Positions 29,561 through 36,982 are shown, counted from the first letter of the stretch. The stretch: DNA of 64,000 nt from an uncultured Acidobacteriaceae bacterium (GCA_963760415.1 CAVXDA010000015.1:168184-232183), one strand, 5' to 3'. Notes: generated by a model from the letters alone, not told the origin. Numbers and translations: made by a program.

Positions 29561-30700
29561 ATGCAGAAGACTCCTGAGCAATGGCTGGAAGAGACCACTC
29601 CGGTCAAAAAGAGTGGTGTTTTCAAGCTGTTTCTCGGATACGCGCCCGGCGTCGGCAAGACCTATGCGATGTTGAGCGAGGCCATTCGGCGCCAGAGCCG
29701 CGGCGAAGATGTGGTGATCGGCGTGGTCGAGACCCACGGCCGCAAGGCGACCCAGGAGCTGGCTGCGCGGCTGGAAACGGTGCCGCGCCGGAAGATTGAC
29801 TACAAGGGCACGCTCTTTGAAGAGATGGACGTGGATGCGATTCTCGCGCGCCATCCCCAGGTCGCTCTGGTGGACGAACTGGCGCACACCAACATCGACG
29901 GCAGCAAGCACCACAAGCGCTACGAAGATGTCTTCGAATTGCTCGACAACAACATCGACGTAGTTTCCACCATGAACGTCCAGCATCTGGAAAGCGTGAC
30001 CCCGATGGTGCACAAGATCACCGGGGTGCTGGTGCGCGAGACGGTGCCTGACTGGGTCTTGAAGCGCGTGGACGAAATCGTGTTGTCCGACGTCACGCCT
30101 GAGGCGCTGCAGACCCGCATGCGCCGCGGCGACATCTATCCCATGGAGCGCGTGGATCGCGCCCTCGGCAACTTCTTCCGTCCCAGTAATCTGATTGCCT
30201 TGCGCGAAGTCGCGCTCCGCCATGTGGCGCAGGTGGTGGACCGCAGCCTGGAACCGTACCTCGAGTCGGAGGCGGCGCCGGGCCGCGACCTGAACGTGGC
30301 GGAGCGGATCGCCGTCGGCGTCAGCTCCAATCCGGCGGCGCAATATCTGGTGGCGCGGGCTTCTCGCATGGCGCAGGCCATCAACGGCGAACTGTTCGTG
30401 CTTTACGTCGATACCGGGGCCGATGACGGCGATCCGGAGCGGAAGCGTTCGCTGCAGGCGAATCTGCATTTCGCGGAAAACCTGGGAGCGAAGATCGTGC
30501 GGCTCAAGGGCAAGGACGTTGCCCAGGCCATGGCCGAGTTCGTTCGCGAGAAGCACATCACGCAGATGATCTTCGGGCATTCCGCAACCAGCGGCTGGCG
30601 CAAGTATCTGTTCATGTCGGCCGTGCATCGCTTCCTGCGCGACGCGCCGGCGGTGGATGTTCATATCGTGAAACAGCAGCCAATTAAAGTCCAGTTGTGA
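29561..30700 (+). CDS. kdpD: KdpD N-terminal sensor domain plus Usp domain as a stand-alone protein
   Basis: FKLFLGYAPGVGKTYAML (Walker A-like), then VIGVVETHGR...VDELAHTN...HKRYEDV...NIDVVSTMNVQHLES, then a Usp-like C-terminus. 379 aa with no TM or kinase part. It is divergent (54 bp) from the kinase half. Confidence 0.85.
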   Translation: MQKTPEQWLEETTPVKKSGVFKLFLGYAPGVGKTYAMLSEAIRRQSRGEDVVIGVVETHGRKATQELAARLETVPRRKIDYKGTLFEEMDVDAILARHPQVALVDELAHTNIDGSKHHKRYEDVFELLDNNIDVVSTMNVQHLESVTPMVHKITGVLVRETVPDWVLKRVDEIVLSDVTPEALQTRMRRGDIYPMERVDRALGNFFRPSNLIALREVALRHVAQVVDRSLEPYLESEAAPGRDLNVAERIAVGVSSNPAAQYLVARASRMAQAINGELFVLYVDTGADDGDPERKRSLQANLHFAENLGAKIVRLKGKDVAQAMAEFVREKHITQMIFGHSATSGWRKYLFMSAVHRFLRDAPAVDVHIVKQQPIKVQL

Positions 30701-30776
30701 GTTTCAGTTTCGAATTTCGGTGGAGAGCTGGCCTCTAGCCAGCATTCGGCCCGAGAGTAAGGGGCCTACCACTGAA

Positions 30777-31472
30777 ATGCACAATCGCCCGCACATCCTG
30801 GTCGTGGACGACGAGCCGCAAATCACGCGCGTGCTGCGCACCAGCCTGAACGCGCAGGGCTACGAGATCCGCGTGGCCAACGATGGCGAAACCGCGCTCG
30901 AGATCCTGAAAGACTTTGCCCCCGACCTGGTGATTACCGACCTCGCCATGCCCAACATGAATGGCATCGAGTTGTGCCGCCAGCTGCGCAAGATTTCGCA
31001 GGTGCCGATCCTGGTGCTGTCGGTGCGCGGCGAAGAGCGCAGCAAGATCGAGGCGCTCGACTCCGGGGCCGACGACTACGTGACCAAGCCGTTCAGCACC
31101 GGCGAGCTGCTGGCGCGGATTCGCGCGGCGCTGCGGCGTTCTCCGCCCAGCACCAGCGAACCGCAAACCAAAATTGACCTGGGCGACTTCCACGTTGATC
31201 TTGACGCCCATTCCGTCGCCGTCGCCGGCAGGGAAGTGCGGCTTACCCCCAAGGAGTTCGACGTGCTGGTGTACATGGCGCAGCATCCGCGCAAAGTGCT
31301 GACCCACCGCTCCATCCTTAATGCGGTGTGGGGCAGCAACAGCGTCGAGCAAAACGAATATCTGCGCGTCTTCGTCGGCCAGTTGCGCAAGAAGCTGGAG
31401 CCCGATGCCGGCTCGCCCAAGTACATTCTGACGGAGCCGTGGGTGGGCTACCGCTTCGAGCCGGGGGACTGA
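30777..31472 (+). CDS. kdpE: OmpR-family response regulator KdpE
   Basis: ILVVDDEPQITRVLRTSLNAQGYEI...DLVITDLAMPNMNG...ILVLSVRGEERSKIEALDSGADDYVTKPF...LTPKEFDVL...YLRVFVGQLRKKLE...ILTEPWVGYRF. It follows the KdpD N-terminal gene. Confidence 0.88.
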   Translation: MHNRPHILVVDDEPQITRVLRTSLNAQGYEIRVANDGETALEILKDFAPDLVITDLAMPNMNGIELCRQLRKISQVPILVLSVRGEERSKIEALDSGADDYVTKPFSTGELLARIRAALRRSPPSTSEPQTKIDLGDFHVDLDAHSVAVAGREVRLTPKEFDVLVYMAQHPRKVLTHRSILNAVWGSNSVEQNEYLRVFVGQLRKKLEPDAGSPKYILTEPWVGYRFEPGD

Positions 31473-31621
31473 GGCAGTTTCAAGTTTCGAGTTTCCGGTT
31501 TCAAGTCTCATCGAGTTGGTGCACGGGAAACCCAACGTCGCTGGCCGTCCGCTGAGCCTCGGCTTAACCCCTCCATCCTTCTCGTAGAATCAACAACTTA
31601 GCTAACATAAAACTCGCATCT

Positions 31622-31925
31622 ATTTGAGCCGTAAGGGGTTATATGTATCCATTTGACCAGCAATGACTTAGAACGTGATTTTCACAAAACAAGTGACATA
31701 GAACTATGTATTCTATGAGTATTATGTACCTGCCCTACCCCTCCCCCCGTGCCTCTGTGGAATCAATGACTTGGCGAAAAAATCCTTGCACATGATAGAG
31801 CCGTAAGGACTTACACGTTGATGATTGATTCCAAATGAGTTAGCGTGCATTTTCCTCCAGCCCCTGCTCAACTGCTGACCGTTGGTGCCTGACAGGCAAA
31901 CCCACCCCCCCCCCTCCCCCTGTTT
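31622..31925 (-). repeat. Two tandem diverged ~130-nt repeat modules (family D), each ending in a C-rich tract. A related module lies at about 17650-17725 in the opposite orientation.
   Basis: Both modules start gagccgtaagg (31626, 31798) and end in cccctcccccc / cccacccccccccctccccc. After the second C-tract, tgtttccggcaaaatattg matches the reverse complement of caattatttgccgggaaaaag...gggggagggggtgggg at 17660-17722. Confidence 0.6.
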
Positions 31926-32068
31926 CCGGCAAAATATTGAAAGCAAAGAGACAGAAAAAGTCACTCAACGCAAGCTCTTCCCTCCAAAGGGCTTAGAGGT
32001 AAAATATTCCATCCAGGGCAGTTACGTGCCACAAACTTGGCTTGCCGGTCGAGGATTCCTGCCTTCCA

Positions 32069-32130
32069 GTCTGATAACTGACGACTGGCTACTGACGACT
32101 GCTACTGGCCACTGACCACTGTCCACTGAC
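32069..32130. repeat. Low-complexity 'ctgac(c/g)act' microsatellite-like repeat (family E). A related tract lies at 55021-55068.
   Basis: gtctgataactgacgactggctactgacgactgctactggccactgaccactgtccactgac. Its reverse complement resembles cagtagccagtggtcagtagccagtggtcagttgtcggttgccagtgcc at 55021. Confidence 0.6.
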
Positions 32131-32225
32131 TTGTCAAAGATCATCGGCCTTCGGGGCCCCCATCGAGCGCCGCTCTTGCGCTCGGTGAGGTCAACCGGGG
32201 CCGCTTCCGCCCTTACGGGACGGTG

Positions 32226-32334
32226 GAGACACTAAGCCTCACGTCGCCAGTGTAGCGCCGGGCTGGCCAAAGTCAAGTTACGAAGGTACAGGTAGGGTAA
32301 CTGTACTTTCGTAACATTTTGGGGGAAGGTAACC
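32226..32334 (-). repeat. 109-bp hairpin-containing repeat (family C), copy 2, inverted relative to 17355-17463
   Basis: The reverse complement reads ggttaccttcccccaaaatgttacgaaagtacagttaccctacctgtaccttcgtaacttgac...tacactggcgacgtgaggcttagtgtctc. Weaker similarity continues to about 32130 (gatgatctttgacaagtc versus cgtgatctttgaaaagtc at 17501). Confidence 0.8.
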
Positions 32335-32530
32335 TGCGTTCGACGGTAGGCCCCCCAGATCGATTGTGCCGTCCCTGAAGAGACTCTCCGTGATTTCCCC
32401 CGTTTACTCCGGTCTGAGCCCAAGGCTAAACGAAATCAGGACTACGCACGCGATGCAGTGTAGCGCAACTCACAGCACAAGTCGTATTCTGCCTCTGTCA
32501 ACTTGATAGCTGTGGCAGGTTGGCGGAGGC

Positions 32531-33374
32531 GTGTGGATGCGTGAATGGCTCAACAACTTGGTGGCAGACCCGTGGCTTGTTGCGACTGCGGCTTCTCAAC
32601 TATTACTTGCGTTGTTGGGGGCCATCGTAACGCTACAAGAGGATTGGGCAAAACGCCACCGATGGCTTCTATTGACAGCATTTGCCTGTGCTGGGATCCT
32701 TAGGGTTCATGGCGACCCTAAAACAAGGAATCGGTTCAGCGGCAGCTAGTACGAGTCTTGCCAATAGCCTCCATGGTTTGGGAAGAGCTACTGCCGAAAT
32801 CAGCCGGATAACTTCGCTGAACACTCAATTACAGGAACAACTATTAAAGCAGGGTGACACAATATCTGATCTAGCGAAGCAAAATATAGCAACAGCCACG
32901 GGAGGCGACAGCTTCTGCTTCGTCCGTTTCCTGTTCGAGGGTTCAACTGGGGGCATACTCCTCCTTCAGAGCGGGCGCTACCCTTTGGCCGACGTTATCA
33001 TGCGCACAATCGACGAGGACTCATTAAAGGAAGATACTCAACTGATAACCATCGGAACGCTGCCGGTACGTGGTTACAGGCACTTGCGCAAAGTCGCAAT
33101 GCCGGATGTATCAGAAAAGAGGTTTATAACCATGTTCACTGCGCGAAATGGGGCATGGGATCAATTTATATTGCTGCGCCGAGATACGAACAAGCGATGG
33201 CATTTTGCCACGCAGGTTGTAGAGAATAAGGGACAGGTAAAGTACAAGGAATTACTTCGCGAGGGCAAACACCCAATCTTTACCGCAATCGACCCTGGGT
33301 TCCCGGGAACAGTGACGGAAGCTACGTGGAGTTCGTTCAACGGGTTAGAAAGGTTTTGTCTCAATTGCAAATGA
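32531..33374 (+). pseudogene. Orphan AT-richer gene: a two-TM N-terminus, a coiled-coil-like segment and an unknown ~150-aa C-terminal domain. It is either one gene with a frameshift near 32700 or two overlapping ORFs.
   Basis: ORF 32531-32749 reads (..WLVATAASQLLLALLGAIVTL..WLLLTAFACAGIL). The TM helix continues in ORF 32682-33374 as (GFMATLKQG...SLNTQLQEQLLKQGDTISDLAKQN...). Codons such as tta, ata and aaa are frequent, and GC is visibly lower than in the neighbours. Confidence 0.5.
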
Positions 33375-33497
33375 TTCGACCATCCTCTCCAACTAATGCC
33401 TTGTATTCGAGTCGCTCAGCTTGGAGCGGTCTTAAGAGCGATTGTCATGAGGTATCACTGCGTCGCCCTGCGAACTTCCGTTCTGTCTCACGGGATG

Positions 33498-33602
33498 GGC
33501 GGGACTTCGTCGAGGTGGAGGTACTTCTGGTATTCTTCGGGGGTCAGGTTGCGAGTGACGCGAGAGCGTGCGAGAGTAAAGCAGTGCCAGAGTTGCTATC
33601 CT
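33498..33602 (-). pseudogene. Remnant 3' fragment of a second WD40-type gene (C-terminal 34 codons only)
   Basis: The minus strand reads (TAG stop)QLWHCFTLARSRVTRNLTPEEYQKYLHLDEVPPIP*. This parallels the true C-terminus of the neighbouring gene, ...LMELARQRVTAHPSDEGCKKYLGVDKCPPVP. Confidence 0.5.
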
Positions 33603-33799
33603 GCGGTGGGTGGAGCACGCCTTTCAGGCGTGCAGGACGGACTGCAACTCTTGCATCGCGCTTTAGCGCCTGAGGTAATGTTTTTCGTTACCTCAGCGGC
33701 TAAAGCCGGGTTCCAATAAGGCTGCTTTAATGCACCGCTAAAGCGGTGCTCCACCACCAGCGCTCCACTATTCTGTGCGCATGGTGCGGGCTGACTTTC

Positions 33800-36601
33800 C
33801 TACCACCAGGGGAGATTAGGAACCGGCGGGCACTTGTCCACCCCAAGATATTTCTTGCAGCCTTCGTCGGAGGGATGGGCGGTGACACGCTGCCGGGCGA
33901 GTTCCATCAGGTCGCGAATGTCCATGGCGTAGATTTGCACCGTCCCGTCCTCACTCGCCGTCGCCAGCCGCTTGCCGTCCGGGCTCCAGGCCACGCTCTA
34001 AACAGAACCGCTATGGCCGCGCAAGGTCAGCAATTCCTGGCCGCTGGCGGCATCCCACACCTTGGCCGTCTTGTCCTCACTCCCCGTCGCCAGCCGCTTG
34101 CCGTCCGGGCTCCAAGCCACGCTCCAACACAATCGCCATGGCCGCGCAAGGTCAGCAGTTCCTGGCCGCTGGCGGCATCCCACACCTTGGCCGTCTTGTC
34201 CCCACTCCCCGTCGCCAGCCGCTTGCCGTCCGGGCTCCAGGCCACGCTCGTAACCATCATCGTCGATGGCCGCGCAAGGTCAGCAGATTCCTGGCCGCTG
34301 GCGGCATCCCACACCTTGGCCGTCTCGTCCACACTCCCCGTCGCCAGCCGCTTGCCGTCCGGGCTCCAGGCCACGCTCTACAACAGCTTCGTCATGGCCG
34401 CGCAAGGTCAGCAGTTCCTGGCCGCTGGCGGCATCCCACACCTTGGCCGTCTCGTCCCAACTCCCCGTCGCCAGCCGCTTGCCGTCCGGGCTCCAGGCCA
34501 CGCTCAAAACAGAAGCACCATGGCCGCGCAAGGTCAGCAGTTCCTGGCCGCTGGCGGCATCCCACACCTTGGCCGTCTTGTCCTCACTCCCCGTCGCCAG
34601 CCGCTTGCCGTCCGGGCTCCAGGCCACGCTCAAAACAGAAGCGCCATGGCCGCGCAGGGTCAGCAGTTCCTGGCCGCTGGCGGCATCCCACACCTTGGCC
34701 GTCTTGTCCCCACTCCCCGTCGCCAGCCGCTTGCCGTCCGGGCTCCAGGCCACGCTCCAAACAGAGCCGCCATGGCCGCGCAAGGTCAGCAGTTCCTGGC
34801 CGCTGGCGGCATCCCACACCTTGGCCGTCTCGTCATCACTCGCCGTCGCCAGCCGCTTGCCGTCCGGGCTCCAGGCCACGCTCGTAACAGGGTCGCTGTG
34901 GCCGCGCAAGGTCAGCAGTTCCTGGCCGTGACGGCATCCCACACCTTGGCCGTCTCGTCAGAACTCGCTGTCGCCAGCCGCTTGCCGTCCGGGCTCCAGG
35001 CCACGCTGGTACTAACAAGGACCATGGCCGCGCAAGGTCAGCAGTTCTTGACCGCTGACAGCATCCCACACCTTCGCCGCTTGTCCACACTCGCCGTCGC
35101 CAGACCGCTTACCGTCCGGGCTCCAGGCCACGCTCACAGGTGGGATTTGTCGAGGCCCCGCAGCGTCGGCAAGTCCAAGTCACGCAAGGTCAGCAGTTCC
35201 TGGCCGCTGGCGGCATCCCACACCTTGGCCGTCTTGTCCCAGCTGCCCGTCGCCAGCCGCTTGCCGTCCGGGCTCCAGGCTACGCTGTACACAGAGCCGG
35301 CGTGGCCGCGCAGGGTCAGCAGTTCCTTTCCGCTGGCCGCGTCCCACACTTTCGCCGTCTGGTCATCACTCCCCGTCGCCAGCCGCTTGCCGTCCGGGCT
35401 CCAGGCCACGCTCGTCAACAGAGTCATTGTGGCCGCGCAGGGTCAGCACTTCCTTGCCCGTGGCCGCGTCCCACACCTTCGCCGTCTGGTCATCACTCGC
35501 CGTCGCCACGCGCCTGCCGTCGGGGCTCCAGGCCACGCTCTCAACAGCTTCGTTGTGGCCGCGCAGGGTCAGCAGTTCCTGGCCGCTGGCGGCATCCCAC
35601 ACCTTGGCCGTCTGGTCCCCACTCGCCGTCGCCAGCCGCTTGCCGTCCGGGCTCCAGGCCACGCTGTCAACGCCGTCGTCATGGCCGCGCAAGGTCAGCC
35701 TCACATGGGAGGCCATGATGGCGCGATGTAATTCGTCGTTCCGCCTCGGGAAGAACGCGTGTGGCCCCATGGCCAGGTGGCGGCCACAGCATGGGCTGCG
35801 AACAGCACCGAGAGCTCAGGATCGCTGTCCTCATTCGAGATGGAGCTTGCGACCAACTGGCGAGCGCGGGCAACGGCCCGCTGGTAGAACGCAAACCCCG
35901 CTGCAACGAGTGCCAGCAACAGCAGTATTCCCAGCGCCAGCGAGTAGCGGCGGAAGCGCTTCGCCTGCCGTGCCTCCTGCGCACTCAACTCGGTGAGGCG
36001 CCTGATTTCTCCGGCTTCCCATTCCTCACTGGCGCGGACGTACTGTTCCTGAAGCTTCGTCGGTTTGCGCCCTTTGATTGGGCCTGCCTGGTCAAGCCAT
36101 CGGACGGCTTCCTTCAACTCCATCCCACGCAGAAGGAAGCCTTCATCGTGATTCTTCGATTTCCACTCGAGTTGAACGTAGCAGGAATTGGGTGTGCTTG
36201 CGCTCCCATTCGAAGTCGGTGTCGAGGGCCTTAATCAACCGCTCGAACGTCTGCTCGAAGCCCAGATTCGGGTAATCAATCCACTGAATGTCCGCGAGTG
36301 CCGCAAGCAGTTCCTCGTCCCCAATTGAGTGATAGAGGATGGTGATAAGCCGCTTGTTGTTGGCAACGGCATGAGAGACTTCTTGCCCGCACATCCATGA
36401 CTTGACGGAATCGGGGCTGATGACGAACAGGAAGTTGTCAGCGGCCTCGATAGCCGCAAAGATCTCCGCCCGCCACTTGGCGGAGTCGGGAATGCTGCGC
36501 CAGTCAATCCAGGTGTCGCGATTCACCTTCTGAAGCGCGGCATGGATGTCGCGAGCGAATCCCTGATCTTCCCGCGCATACGAGATGAACACCTCGGCCA
36601 T
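33800..36601 (-). pseudogene. TIR - linker - single TM - 14x WD40 repeat protein, with many frameshifts inside the repeat array (as assembled)
   Basis: The N-terminal TIR reads MAEVFISYAREDQGFARDIHAALQKVNRDTWIDWRSIP...FLFVISPDSVKSWMCGQEVSHAV. Next come LEWKSKNHDEGFLLRGMELKEAVRWL and the TM helix YSLALGILLLLALVAAGFAFY. There are 14 units of type [42 protein letters not shown]. The C-terminus is ...CKKYLGVDKCPPVPNLPWW*. Confidence 0.85.
33890..35700 (-). repeat. Tandem 126-bp coding repeats (WD40 units) with very high nucleotide identity
   Basis: gccgtccgggctccaggccacgct recurs 14 times at about 126-bp spacing (about 33973, 34100, 34230, 34357, 34483, 34609, 34735, 34861, 34987, 35110, 35265, 35390, 35516, 35645). 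Long identical blocks such as ggtcagcagttcctggccgctggcggcatcccacaccttggccgtc also recur. Confidence 0.9.
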
Positions 36602-36654
36602 GGTGCGCTCCGGAGGTCGAAAAACAATCAAGCGAATCTTAGCATTCGGGGATT

Positions 36655-36960
36655 AGTGCGAGCTCCTTCGCCACGGTAAGAAAAAGCAGGTCCCTCCGCT
36701 CGGACTCGAAGTCCTCGGTCGGGATGACAGATCTTGATTAGGGAAGCGCGTCGTCGCTCGGGATGACAGTGTAAAGGAGTGAAGCTCTCGCTCGGGAATG
36801 CGCAGCGCGTCCCGCCAACAGGAATCCGGCGACTGCGTCGGAAAACCAGCCGCCTTCGCTCGGGATGACAGGTTGAGGAAATTGGCGCTGGAAGGGCGTC
36901 CTCCCGCCCGAACGCTGAACTCGAAACCTGTAACTCGACACTCGCAGCTATAATCGTTGC
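36655..36960. repeat. Cluster of family-B 'tgtcatcccgagcg' repeats plus a 'gaactcgaaacc' low-complexity tract, between the TIR gene and mtnP
   Basis: c(g/t)c(g/t)ggatgacag occurs at 36716-36730, 36755-36769 and 36856-36870, with a degenerate copy at 36789. The minus strand reads ...CHPERRR...CHPERRRASL..ICHPDRG. gaactcgaaacctgtaactcgac lies at about 36916-36938. Confidence 0.6.
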
Positions 36961-36982
36961 TTTGCCCTCGAAAGGAGACTGA

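Noticed and set aside
29450-29600. The split kdpD read as an assembly inversion artefact.
   Set aside because: I have not fully rejected this. However, both halves have plausible independent starts and stops, and no single inversion restores a canonical gene. I therefore report it as a finding with a read-level check rather than dismissing it.
19245-32334. A tRNA-Arg-linked integrated element or genomic island downstream of the tRNA.
   Set aside because: There is no integrase or recombinase. I could find no direct repeat of the tRNA 3' end; the 12-nt match gggcgcgccatt at about 6233 lies inside the DyP coding sequence and is probably chance. The genes after the tRNA are ordinary chromosomal functions of normal composition.
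33890-35700. Regularly spaced near-identical repeats that could be mistaken for a CRISPR array.
   Set aside because: The period is 126 bp and the 'spacers' are themselves conserved. The whole array translates into WD40 blades, and there is no leader or cas gene.
33746-35731. A 661-aa plus-strand ORF with a striking periodic sequence (..[33 protein letters not shown]..).
   Set aside because: It is the antisense reading of the WD40 repeat array, and its periodicity simply mirrors the 126-bp coding repeat. The minus strand gives canonical WD40 units (GH...WSPDG...WD).
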